A stretch of DNA of 63,994 bases, filler included, from Streblomastix strix (lineage: Eukaryota): assembly GCA_008636045.1 (NCBI GenBank). It is 4 parts of 4 records of this genome, joined end to end, with 100 filler letters (N's around TTAATTAATTAA, not from the genome) between each part and the next. Parts side by side here need not be neighbours in the genome. Positions count along the whole stretch, not along the records: positions 1 to 16,166 come from SNRW01000865.1; positions 16,267 to 32,421 come from SNRW01000866.1; 2 more parts are not named here. One strand, written 5' to 3'. The notes under the pieces were generated by a model, which saw only the letters and a program-made list of their open reading frames with translations, was not told the origin of the DNA and made no database searches. How positions within the stretch are numbered: the first letter of the stretch is position 1; every line of letters begins with the position of its first letter. Below, in pieces: positions 13,740-26,569 of this stretch. Made by a program: the position numbers and the translations under genes.

Positions 13740-14279
13740 ATTTAAAATTGTAATGAACATAATTATACGCAATAGTGATATATCGTGTTGAGTTTCTCGC
13801 CTGAAAAAGAGCTTGCCCCACTTTGCCCCCAGTTAATTTATATTTTGAACTAGAAATCTATTTGAGATTAATTAATATAAATATTAATTAATGTGAATAA
13901 TAAAATACTTTTGATATATTAATAGCAAAATTTATAACCATATAAAGATGAAAAAATTTTTTAATTATTTATTTTATTTAACAAAATGGGGCAAAAACAA
14001 AATCGGGGCAGGATTTTTGAAGGTGGGCGGGCATTGCTGGAATCCTCAATTTTATTTTAAATAGGAATGATCCATAACTCAATAATTTATAAATATTTTC
14101 CATTTAACAAAATTAATAAATTATAATTGATGCGAAATTGGTATATATAATATAAATTTATACAACATAATTCATTTTTTAACTCATTTTCCATATATTT
14201 TAATGTAAAATGCAGTATTCAAATAAAAATATAAAAATTAATAAAAAAAAATTAAATTAATAATGTAATTTATCATAAG

Positions 14280-15117
14280 TAGGGGTGACGGAATGACGGG
14301 CGGAAAGTGCGGATTTTTCCGCACAGCAATATGGAGTGCGGATTTTTCCGCAAGCCAAATTATGAAAAGATTAGTAAAAATTTTTTTTCAAAAATTTAAA
14401 TATTTGTAGGTAAATAATTTAACCTTAATATTATGATAATAAATCAATAAATATATTATATATATTGTTTATTATAGTTACTTGTTATTAATATGCCTGG
14501 TTGACAAGAACATAATAAATATTTTTCTTTCAAAATACAAGTGATTAGTTAGGGAATTAAGGTGCAATGGTAACTATTGTATGTCTACTAATGATTTAAA
14601 TCAAGGTAGTATTAATTAAAAAGCGTTACACTGGTTTAGAGCAAGTTTTCATTTTAGAAAATTCAACATTGCAAACTGTTCCCAGTAAACATTTTAAAAT
14701 TATACACAAATGAAATAAATCAATATATAATAATAAATGATATATTTATTAATGAACAATAAATAAAATATAATAATAAATGTAAAGAAAACAGAAGTTC
14801 ATTGTTTGAAAAAATTTCTCTTTTTTCCCACCCGCACAACTTGCAAACATGTTATTATCGTATGTATATGCCCAATAATAAAATATAATGTATGAAAACA
14901 TAACAAAATGTAATTTTTAATTATTGCGACTGGTGGATTTTGAAAAAAAAAATAAAAAACTGGAAATCACCATCGTTGAGTATGCGGATTTTTCTAATCA
15001 TTAAAAATGAAGTGTATATATATTATATAATCATATTTTATATTCAAAACAAATCCGCATATACTTTTAAAATCCGTCCGCAAATTGGCAATTTTGGACC
15101 GATTTTTGACAGGCCTA
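14280..15117. mobile_element. Possible hAT-like non-autonomous element nested in the foldback spacer
   Basis: Ends TAGGGGTG... / ...CAGGCCTA. Subterminal TGCGGATTTTTCCGCA and ATCCGCA repeats. Imperfect 8-bp flanks ATCATAAG/ATTATAGA. Confidence 0.3.
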
Positions 15118-16166
15118 ATTATAGATATCATAATATGTTCTGGCAAATTGAAGTAACTTACATATTTTTTAAAAATAAATTGAGGATTTCAGAAATGCCT
15201 GCCCAACTTCAAAAGCCCTGCCCCGATTTTGTTTTTGCCCCACTTTGTTAAAAAATCAAAAAATAAATAAATAAATTTTCTTCTAGGTATGGTTATAAAT
15301 TTTGCTATTAATATATCAAAAGTATTTTATTATTTACATTAATTAATATTTATATTAATTAATATGAAATATATTTCTAGTTCAAAATATAAATTAACTG
15401 GGGGCAAAGTGAGGCAAGCTCTTTTTCAGGCGAGAAACTCAACACGATATATCACTATTGCGTATAATTATGTTCATTACTATTTTAAATCTTTTCTAAT
15501 TACATATTTTTTGATTAATTGCCCATAACTGTCACAAAAATAAAAAGGGGCAGCTGCCTCCCCAATTAAAAAATTCTGCCTCTTATTAAATTTTTTGCCC
15601 CCAATTAAATACTGATGCCCCCAATTAAAAGCTTGCCCCACTTGTTTCACGATATATCAATATTCATTATTCCATTCTATATATTTTATTTAATTAATAT
15701 GAATATTTGCTAGCACATTTGAATATAATTGTTGATATATAACTTACTTCTGATAAAAAGTGCGCATTTTTTAACTTTTTTAATTTAACCAACACTTTCA
15801 CAATTATACACTTAAAATAGTTATTGAATTTTTTTTATATCGTAATACTTTAATTTTAATTTGCAAATCAAAACAAAATATTACTGACTACATAACAAAT
15901 ATGATTTTATTAAAAATTTCAAGACAAATTTTCACGTTAATCAGCAAGTCAAAACAATATTACTACATACTATTTAATTTTATACAAATTAGGATAATTT
16001 AAAGCCGTTTTATATTTCATAAACTACTAAATAACAGTAGTTAGTGAAGATAGATAAACTCACATTTTTTTCTTCATATTTTTTAAGTTTATAAAAAAAT
16101 TCTATTTATTTTTGTATTATATTGAATATTAGGCTGACCCACATTTCTGGTTTGCCCTGCCCCACT

Positions 16167-16266
16167 NNNNNNNNNNNNNNNNNNNNNNNNNNNNNNNNNN
16201 NNNNNNNNNNTTAATTAATTAANNNNNNNNNNNNNNNNNNNNNNNNNNNNNNNNNNNNNNNNNNNN
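16167..16266. other. Artificial contig linker
   Basis: N44-TTAATTAATTAA-N44 (stop codons in six frames). Confidence 0.98.
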
Positions 16267-16838
16267 AACTGCTTACTCTCTCGCATATATTGCTGTATTC
16301 CATAAATTTTAAGCATCTCGTAATATTGCAAACTAATTAAAGGGTCCGCAAGCTGTAGAAAATCCAAGCCAAAACTACAAGTGTTCACTATGTTCTGAAC
16401 CATCAGCAGTTTTACCATAATATTTTTAATTAACTTATTACATATCTTTGTTATTATCTGTTATAGGGTTAGCCTTTACATTAAAATTAACCCTTCCATT
16501 TATTTAACCCTCATCCTTATCTCTAATTTCATACCTATTTAATTATATGGCTAATATATTTTTGCAGGGATAGTAATAGTTCAATTTACTCAGCATGTTT
16601 TAACCATTGATCAAGTAGCTGTTCCTCTAGCAGCCAACGGCGCACTTGCATATCTAACACTTGATGATGTAAGCTAATTTACTGGCTAGTCAAAAAATTA
16701 TTATTTAGAAATTATGAAGGATTAGGCATGTATTGATAGTGTTTTTAACACCTCACCAAGTTGCATGTATCCAATAATGTAATCGGAGTGGCTCATTTTG
16801 GATAGTCTTTAAAGGTAGTCGCTTGCACTGAATGACAT
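16267..16838 (-). pseudogene. Putative major capsid protein, N-terminal part (runs off contig)
   Basis: ATG at 16838; frameshifted; includes HLQFWLGFSTACGPFNQFAILRDAQNLWNTAIYAREQAV. Capsid call rests on context and loose resemblance only. Confidence 0.4.
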
Positions 16839-16862
16839 TTTAATATTTTTAAAAATAAATAA

Positions 16863-17070
16863 ATGAGATTTTTCAGTGGTATCGCAAACATCGGAAGTAA
16901 AAATATTGGAAGGTATTAAACATGCTGCTTAATGGGTAGCACCAACTCTTTATAAAGTACTATCAACAATATCAGACCCTGAAGGAATGATACACCCTGG
17001 AATTGGTGGAGCACTAGGTGCTGGGGCTAATCTTGCTGGAGCTGTGGATCGACTTGTAAATAAGCGTTGA
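16863..17070 (+). pseudogene. Small amphipathic, Gly-rich protein resembling adenovirus pVI membrane-lytic protein (one +1 frameshift)
   Basis: Repaired translation: MRFFSGIANIGSKILEGIKHAAQWVAPTLYKVLSTISDPEGMIHPGIGGALGAGANLAGAVDRLVNKR*. Confidence 0.55.
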
Positions 17071-17118
17071 TGTTGCATGATTAGTGTTTTGCATTCCTTT
17101 TTCATTATTTTTATTAAA

Positions 17119-19295
17119 ATGATTACCTAAAATAATCCGTTATCTCAGCAACAAATCCGAACAGTTACTAACTCATCACTAATTATATAGCTTATTATAT
17201 ACAGTATTAAAAACGGGGAAGCTCTAGCGGGGGAATGTTGCAAAATGATGAATATTGACAATTTATAGATAATGATAACGCATTAGTATAGGTAGCTAAT
17301 AATTAAATAGTTGATGGTTAAAGCAACTGATTATGCACTCAAAATAGCACCAAATGGACTACTGTCAATTAAGAATTTAATTGTAATAAACTTTGTTTTT
17401 GTTGCATTAATTTATCTGTTAGTTATTGAAGTAAATTAGTTATAGTCATCAATAGGAGGGGTAGAATAAGATATTGATGGATTAAAAAGTGATATATAAA
17501 CTATTTAGCGAGCACTTGTGAGATAGATACATTTTAGAGGTTATTATTTGTTGAATAGTATAGTATAAAATTTGCATAATTCGGCTAGTGAAGACTTCGC
17601 TTTTATTGCAGAAAGTGGGACAGTATGGATGTATGAGACAAATTGGTGTAATAGTGGTGATATAGTACCTGATTAGGCAACCTCTGCCAGTGATGTAATA
17701 CCATCAAACTCTATTGTAAATGGTAGTGCTGGGGTGAGTAACGAATATGCAAGAGGAGACAATTAACATCCTTTATAAGTTTCCACTGTTTTACTTGCAA
17801 AAGATACTGCAAATGGTGCAGAAGGAGTTGCTACCACTTATGCCAGATCTGACCGTACACATCATGCAAATCTAAGTAATGACATACCCCTAAAAGATAC
17901 TGGTACTGGAACAGCAGGCACGACTAATATATATGCTAGTGCAACACATTAACATTCATTAAATGTTGATCCAACTACTGCAAATGTACATCTTGTAAAT
18001 GCTGCTGCTGCGGCTAACGGTACGAGTGATTTTATAGTAGAAATAACCATGTACATCCGTAGTAACTAACATATGAAGCAAACATTACCGCAACTAAATT
18101 TATTAAAACTAATAGAACAAATAACGATATATTGCTAGCAGATGGAACAACTAAAAAATCAGTTTAGCAAGCAAATTATATTAAGTTATTGAATAGTCTT
18201 GATATATAAAATTATGTACGTTTAATGCTTTAAATTCTTCTACCGATAATAATATTGAATTCAAAATATATACTAGAAGTGGATTTGAAAAAATGTAATT
18301 TAATTAACATTGGAGTAATGGCACAGGGATAAATAACTATTAGTATTAGTTTATACCATCGTTATCATCTGGTTTGAATAGCGCGTAAGTACTATATTTT
18401 GATACTGGTTTAAATAGATATGGGGAATTATGGTGTCTAATTGATGATTTCACTTATAATACATTTATATATTAAACAGATAGAAGCGTTTTTTAGGGAA
18501 ATATTAATGATATATTAATTATTGATGCCCAACCAGAATTGTCTATAGGATATAGTGGCATATACTAATTATTTCCAAATACATAAAATGGATCTGCATA
18601 AATAAATTCAATTGGTGATGCTATGGGCGTATCATATAATTAAGGAATAAGAATATCAGATTCAATTTATAATACAGCAAGTGGTATATGCTTCAGATGC
18701 GATAAAAATAATATTAGTAATACAAATTAAAAAATAATGAAGCATTATAGCAATTGATAATGGAATTGTAGTAGGTATATATAATTAACCATAATATTTA
18801 GATTAAGGATTGCGTATATCAGCTGATGGATAAATATTAACATTTAATGGTAAAGCTACTTAAGGTAATATTTAAATAAATCCTACAGCTACTGGCTATG
18901 ATGATGTTTTGAAAATATCTAAAACAGAAGAAGGTTCAGGTGGTTCGTCGCTTATTTAAGGATGTAGTAGAACATCTAACACCGGGGCTATTACAGGATA
19001 ATCGTAAATATTTACAACACCAAGTACCTATGTAAATAATCCATTAGGTTTTACAATATCACTAGCAGCCAATTCAAGTGATACCAATAGAGGATTGTGC
19101 ATAAATGCTGATGGAAATACTTTAACTTTCAATGGGTAGGTTATTGCTGGCGGATCAGTTAATTATTCATAAGGTAAAACAATACTATGAGGTATAAATA
19201 GTACTGGAACAGATGATAGTTTCTATAATAATGGAACCACTGTATGCTGGAGAGACCACGCATTATAATTTGATCCGTACTACTAAAATTAATGA
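17119..19295 (+). pseudogene. Fibre/spike-like protein with tail-fibre repeats
   Basis: Repeated G-x-A-G...Y-A-R/S-x-D/T-x-x-H units (NEYARGDNQHP, TTYARSDRTHH, NIYASATHQH, HVHP). Repeated GLxISADGxxLTFNG. Contains frameshifts and an internal TGA. Confidence 0.6.
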
Positions 19296-19383
19296 TGTTT
19301 ATCTCTTTTGGTCTTCGAAATCACCATGTGATTCTTCTAAATTCTATTTAGTTCATGTTACGCAACAATTTATTTTTAAATAA

Positions 19384-19839
19384 ATGGCCTCATGCAAAGA
19401 CCCTATAAAATAGTTGTTTAATGAAGTAATTAAGTAAAATTTTGAAAGTGATGATTCGATAAAAGCAACAATTGATGCACTACAAAAATTGTTAATAAAA
19501 GATAAAGAAATAGTACTGCACCCATTACTCTAAGAACTAACAAGAATAAATAAGTAGTTCATGAATTTGCAAAACAAATTGCAACAAATAAAGCGGTATG
19601 TCGATGAAAAAGATTATAAAAATAAATTGCTCAACGAACAAGAAAAATATTACAAAAATAAGTACAATTTTATTAAAAAACAATTGGATTAAAATAATTA
19701 GCCATAATAAATAAAGAAATACATTATATCTGAAGCTAATGAACAGGAAAAATAAATATATAAAGACTTTGTTAATGTTATATAAAATAGTGGTTTGGTC
19801 AATTATTACCAGATGAATTTAACTTAATCAATAAATTGA
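19384..19839 (+). CDS. Hypothetical coiled-coil viral protein (151 aa)
   Basis: Intact ATG-TGA ORF under code 6: MASCKDPIKQLFNEVIKQ... Confidence 0.6.
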
Positions 19840-21104
19840 GGTATTTAATATAATTTATTATTTATACTGTTTTATCCTGCAAAGATTCGAGAAATGAATA
19901 ATGACTTTTAAACTATTGATATATCTATTTTCCTTTTTCATTCATATCGTTATTTTCTATTGGCGCTTCAAAAATTTTGAAAATTTCATAGTCCGTAGCA
20001 TTATATTATAGGCCAATGTTTGTAACTAATTAATACAATTAATCTATTCCATTAGGAATTGACGAAGACATATTATTTACAAAAAAATAATCAATTTCTT
20101 AATATTTCATACTTGCTGAAAAGCTTGTTTAAAATAATAAATTCATATTTTTATAATGTAGAATATAGCAGTAAAACTCTTCAAAATCAAGGTTTATATC
20201 ATATTTTCTTCATAAACTTGTTTTAAATCACTCTCTCCAAGATTAGCGCCTATAGCTATTACATGGGATAATATCGTTGTTGTTTTAAACAAATAACTTG
20301 GTCTTTGTGCTATAAAAAATATGTTATTTTTTGAATATCTTGAATCACTAACCAAATGGGTAATTGATTTAGCCAGTGAAGAATTAAAACGTTGGATATC
20401 GGGATTACTTCCAGTATCATCAAAAAGCATTAGTGTATTTAACAATTAAGCTTTAAAAAGTATTTGTATTTTCATAATTTTATATCTGCTGTTTGTTTAT
20501 CGTCAATTACTTTCATTTTCTTTTCATAACTAATATTTTATATAAGTGCTGGAATATCGAACCATAATATTTTGAATGGCTAGCTATATTTATTAATGGT
20601 TTCTATAACATATTACTTGAATAAATCAGCTATTCGTTTTAAATATACTTCTGGCTTTTCATTGGTTTTAGCTTCATTTTATTATACTATTTTTTCTTCG
20701 ACACTTTTTATAAAAGCACTAGTATATTTGAAACCTTACTCATGCAATTTATACCATGTATATACCTCTTTTGTTGAATATTTTATTTCATCAAATTCTA
20801 GTAAAAACAACTTTGCTTCCCCAAATGTTATATTGGTTAATGAAATGTTTCTACTGTTAAGATTTAATGCCATTGTCTCGTCAGCACCAAAATTTGAAAA
20901 GTATAATATGTACGGATTAATTACTTTTTAGTATATTACTGTTAGCTTAGACATTAATATTGTTTTACCACTACCAACAGCTCCAACAATATAATGGTTT
21001 CCATTAACGAAGAGTAAGGAGTTTTTGGTTAATGGTCGTGTTTTATATTCGTTTAGTAAATCCTAGTTTGAAAATGCTATGTTTTGTATCTCTTGCAGTA
21101 TCAT
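19825..21104 (-). pseudogene. A32/FtsK-HerA-like genome packaging ATPase
   Basis: Walker A YIVGAVGSGKT, Walker B LMLFDD, and SDSRYSKNNIFFIAQ (Arg and Gln motifs). Frameshifted; 3' end approximate. Confidence 0.8.
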
Positions 21105-21343
21105 GTTTTTAAAAATAATAAAAATGACTACGTGATAATGCGACATATTGAATTTGTTTATTAATCTAATGAATTACATATTTTATGGCGTTAATTTTAC
21201 TATATCTGTTTATTCTGTACCTATTCCTGAGCAATTAACCGATATCGTTAATTTAATTAAAAAAATTATGGGGTTATTTTGATATAGTATTGGTACCACT
21301 AAATATAATGGTTTATGTTATATAATTTTTTTATAAAAGAAAA

Positions 21344-21508
21344 ATGGACAAACAATAGTTTAAAATACATTGGAGCGAATTATCCGTTGAATCAATAGAA
21401 CAATTTTTGAATGACGCGATTATTAGTATAAACTTGGAATTAGCTTAACATTTTCACTATATTTTATACCTTAAACTATAAAATTAACCATAAAAATAAA
21501 TGATTTGA
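21344..21508 (+). CDS. Small hypothetical viral ORF
   Basis: MDKQQFKIHWSELSVESIEQFLND...*, preceded by the T-run/A-run ATG context typical of the element. Confidence 0.35.
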
Positions 21509-21619
21509 TTACTCAAAAATAGCTATTTGTACTTTTTTTTTACCAAAAAATGTCTAAAGACTCTTTTGAGCACAAACTTTCTTTGTACCCACATGGTGGG
21601 CGCCAACTTTGTTGGTACA

Positions 21620-24600
21620 TCATTAGATCGTATAATCTTTTGCTTTCAAACTAAATATGTAAGGGCAACAGCTTTAATCACTCAATACATTCATTTTAGT
21701 ATGGCAACCTATTATACCATTCTTTTCTGTGGTTATTTTGCTCATTTGGTAATTCTTTCAACTTAACCGCATATTTGTGCATTTGGTTATTGTTCCATTG
21801 GTTATATTATCAACTATTTAACTTTTAGTAATTTTATTAGTTATTTGATTTGCGCCTTTTAACTTTATTTTTTCCTAATCATCGACTTTCATATAATAGT
21901 TTTCTTGGAGCCAATGCTATTATTTCTGGACCTTCTCGTTCTACAGCTAATCTTAGTATCTTTTTCTCATTCAACAAATCATCTTCAATAATTAGAAAGA
22001 AATTTATAGCTTTTTCGTCATAAAACTATTAAATTTTTATAACATGTTTAAATTATTGTCAATGTCCTTCATCTTCATCACCAGAAACCGCCCAATAAGC
22101 CGAATCAGCATCTCCTTCTACGAATTGCATCTTATCCATGTTTAGACATTTATAAATGAAATTTTAAATGAAATTAAGATACAAATACTTGGCATTGTCT
22201 CATTCAAAATAAGCGACTTATAAAAGAGTTTTACATCGGCAAGTCTCAAAATTGATTTATACGGCATAAACATCATCGGCTAATTTCTGATCATCCTTAA
22301 AAGTATTCGATAAATAAGCTTAAAGGCTTGTTTTTCACTTATTATTTTTATTTTTGTATATTTCTCAGTGTTTATGCCATCACTTCCATATGATCTATTC
22401 ATATTGTATTTATTAAATTGTTCTAATCCTTTTTACCCTTCAATTTATGCTTAAATTCGTTAGGTTGTAAATTTTTCACTAACGCATTGAATTTATCATA
22501 TTTATCAAATAAAACCAGCTGTTTAACATCATTAATTATAAAATGATAGTAATCAATTAATAACCATAAAGAATAACTTGAAAATGACATGTATTCATCC
22601 ATAGTTGATAACAAATTTGTCAGTTTCCGCTATTTTTAATCTGTTTTAATTCAATTATCTTTCATATGCTTGTACATGTATTTGCCGATTGTTTCTTCAT
22701 TAGTCATAAACTCATAATTTCTTAAAATTGGTGGGAAATTAATATAATCGTTCAAATAATTCTCATCAATATGTCTCTTAATTTCTGCAATAAATAATTG
22801 TCCCCATTTATTAAATCTATTTTGGCTATTTATTATATCAAGTATTTTTTGTTTATTTTCTATGGAATTATTCAATATTTTACCAATAACAGATCCAAGC
22901 ATATACATTTTTCCTCCGGTATATTTAATGAATTTGTGAGGTTCCGATGATATGACAATGGGATATAAAGAGTTGAAATCTATACCTATTATATATGTTA
23001 TTCTATGGTCAGATGTTAAAACCGTTACCGTTTTCGTCTCTATGTTATACCAAAATTTCTTTATAAAATCTTACCCTGCAATATTAACCGGATGCATCAC
23101 GTTAGACAAGCCACCAGTAATGCCTTACATAATTAGTTTATAAATATAAATATCTGTTAAATTAGTTGGTAAGTGATTAAAGCTGCAAAATCTCCTTAAT
23201 TATATGAATAGTTTTTGAATGTTTTTGTCTTTATTCGAACAAAAATATTGCAATGCAAACAACATGGTCAAACATTATCCTTTGAATGACCCTTTTTATT
23301 ATCGATTCTATCTAATGTTGGCTTATTGTTTAGTGTGAATACGTCGCCACAAATCACACATTTATTGTCTTTAAATAGTTGTTTGAAATACTCGAAATCT
23401 GACTCTTAAATATTATTGGTGGTATCTCTTTTTTGTTGCAAATCCTACATTTTATAATTATACGCTTTACTATTCCAAAATTTTTATTACTAACCATATT
23501 TTGGTGAATAATCGACTAATTTTGGATAATAATCATTTACTTTAAACTCGATATAAGCATGTGCATATTTATTTACATTTGAATACGCAGCCATTGACAT
23601 AAAACTAAGCATATCGATGTCAAATTTAATATACGATTAAATCAAAGCATCTATCGGTTCTATCATTATTTAAGTGTCTTAATCGTTATAATATTAATGA
23701 TATTCCCATCTATTCTTAAACTTTTTCGCATTTATTATATATTAATCACATTATTCTTATTTCATTGATGTATTTTTCAGTGTAGAGTTGAATGTTTCTA
23801 TTAAAAATGGTTCTGATTAGTTTAAAACTTCATTATAGTTATCAATGTTTATATATTCATAAGGAAATTCGCCTTTTTGTCCATCAATTTCCTATTTAAA
23901 AATTTATGCAAATTCTTTTAAAGTAATTGGTACGTAATAAGTCAGCACATCCATAAATTTAAGCTTGATGTCTAGGCGCTTATTAAACAACTATTTGCCT
24001 TGCTACTCCTGGACAGCCAATATAACTTTTTATTTCACAATCAGCACAATGTATTTTTTTGAAAATTAGTGAAAAATCAAACTTTGAACTATTGAATCCA
24101 ATTACTGGTACCTACAAGTTATATTACACGTCTTTGTCTATCATTCCTGTCTGCGTACAGTATTGATTATCTTACTGAATGATAACAGTCTCATTGAACA
24201 ATTGCTTTAACCATTGTTTCAAAAAATCATCTCCATTTCGCAAGCCAAAATATATTGTGTGAATATCTTGCTTATTCTTAATAGTAGAAGCAACAGACAA
24301 AGGCACTAGTTCGGATATCTATTTGCTTGATTCACTAAATTATTTATTAACAATTTTTTCTTCTGTTTCCAAGTCATATGATATATAGTATTATGGCGGT
24401 TTAAATTCTTTTTATCTTCAATGTGCCAAAAAGTATTAGTATGTTTTGTTTTATGTGATATGTGGGCAAAACGGTTTTGCAGCTTAATCCAATTAAACAT
24501 TTTTAATTATTTTCCCACCATTTTAATCACACTTTTTGTATGTTTTTCATAATCTCCTAGGAAATTTTTGCTTTTAGTATCAAACCCTTTTGAATTGCAA

Positions 24601-26082
24601 AATGGACAAAATTTTAATCTAGTTAGTGCTTCTTTGTTAGCTATATCAAATGTGTGCTGAGCTAATTTTCCATCAATTTCTTCCTACACAATTAATATAT
24701 CAACGGTTGGGATATCATTTTATTGCTCTTTCGTTTTGATGCTTTTGTCTTCATCCTCATCAACAAATTTAATTACATCACCCAAATAATATACTTTACG
24801 CTCTTAGTCATATTGAAATATATTCTAATTAATCTTGAACTTTTGTGATATGAAATGATCATATTTTTCAAAGGCTAGACCTTCAAATGATTTTAGAAAT
24901 TCAGTCATTTTTCTACTTTTTGTTTCGAATGGTAGATCTAATACCTTAACAAGATACTCACGGTTAATGCTTATAGTTGAGTTTGAATTATATCGTTTAT
25001 TAACTGTATCATCGTTAAATGCTCTGGCTAGTGCTTCCATATAACACATATTATATTCTCCATCATTTTCATACAAAACTTTCTTGTGTCCATCCCAGTG
25101 TTTTTAAATCAATTCCTTCATAATTGACCTTACAACAACCTTTTACAATTTAAAGACTTTAATCATCATCGAATAAATTGCTGTGTGACGTTCTTTTGTA
25201 CTATCAGGATTATAATTTTTACATTTCTATTATTTCCGCCTTTATATATTGTTTGTATTCTTCTATATCTTCTTGCGTCTATATATTCTTCGGTGTATGT
25301 GTTTAGGTTCTTGCTTCTCGTGGCAACAAACATTTATAATTAACAACTACATTACCATTTTTATCATGGTCTAACTCTTCCACTATAATACCAAAATTAA
25401 ATAATATTTTCAAAACTCTATGTTCTTATTTGTTATAACACTTTTCAACAAATTCTTCTATTTTATACCAAGAATCTATATAATTTTCATAATATATTAG
25501 ACTTATGCCATCGCTAGCTATGAGTTCCTTTTTATGATAAAACTCTTACCTTGTACGTCTAACCTCCTAATAAAATTTTTCTTCATCAATTGGTGGAAAT
25601 AATTTATATAATATTGCTTTCATAATTAACCGTTTAATTAATTTATTATCCTTCATATATTTATATTTTATTATATATTTCTTAGTTCTATTATTTGCTT
25701 GGTAAATATAATTGAAGTATAAAATACTCTTATATTTCTTTAAAATTATCTGGTTTTGTAAATTTCTTTGACATTTATAATAGCATCAAATCATGTTCCT
25801 CATTCATTATTCGTTTTGCTTCTTCGGCTTATTATATTTGGTAATCAGTCCGAAATATATCTGCTTCTTATTGTTCTTATTCTCTTCTATATTCTTATAA
25901 ATCTTAATCATATTATTCGTTTCTATCAATTGTTCTTTTAATTTTATAACGTTATAATCTAGTATATTATAGTCGTTATTCATATGCGTTTCTGCGGCTA
26001 CATGTTCCAATATATATTAGCTGAGTTTACTATAATTATTTTTACCTTCATTATAATGTCGAAAAGATAAGTAACGGTCCAT
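21620..26082 (-). pseudogene. Protein-primed family B DNA polymerase (TP-vOTU-Exo-HNH-Pol)
   Basis: ExoI YDLET, ExoII GFNSSKFD, PolA IDFNSLYP, PolB MNRSYGS, PolC EGDADS (mutated). Several frameshifts; start approximate. Confidence 0.9.
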
Positions 26083-26199
26083 TTTTTTTAATTGTGGAAC
26101 CTTTAGTTTTTCATCGAAATTATGCCAATATATTTTAATTAATTATATTATTTATTATTTACGGAGGGGAGCTATTTATTAAAAATTAATATGTGTAAA

Positions 26200-26552
26200 A
26201 ATAATTATGGAAGAAGAAATAAGTATGATTCTAAAGATTATTTAATGTTCTTCAATAAAGCCATCAAACTCCTGCTATAATTACGAATACGCATTATATA
26301 AAATGCTTACAGTTTCTAGGTTGTTTCCATCATTTTTGTATAGAGTTTCATCTGTTCTTTTGCATTATTCACCACTTCATCAATTGTATAACTAACGGTA
26401 TGTAAATTGACTCCTATTGTTCCTACACATTATTTAGTATAATTTGATCGATTTTATAACTATTTTTCAAACCTTTGTATGTCCTATAATGCTGTACTAA
26501 AATGTAGTATTGATAATTCAAAAGTCGTCAAAACTTTACTTTTTTTATCCAT
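26200..26552 (-). CDS. Hypothetical viral protein
   Basis: ORF MDKKSKVLTTFELSILHFSTAL... under code 6; 3' end uncertain. Confidence 0.4.
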
Positions 26553-26569
26553 TTATTATATAATTAAAA

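Larger units (their letters stand above)
13045..16166. repeat. Long inverted repeat (foldback-like non-autonomous element); arms ~13045-14060 and ~15169-16166
   Basis: The arms are clear reverse complements, e.g. TATCGTGTTGAGTTTCTCGCCTGAAAAAGAGCTTGCC versus its inverse near 15410-15450. They are rich in GGGGCA motifs. The right arm runs to the contig end. Confidence 0.85.

Noticed and set aside
16167..16266. TTAATTAATTAA palindrome within N runs (also 32422-32521 and 48676-48775)
   Set aside because: Synthetic six-frame-stop linker joining apparently size-sorted contigs (16155 and 16154 bp). Adjacency across it has no biological meaning.
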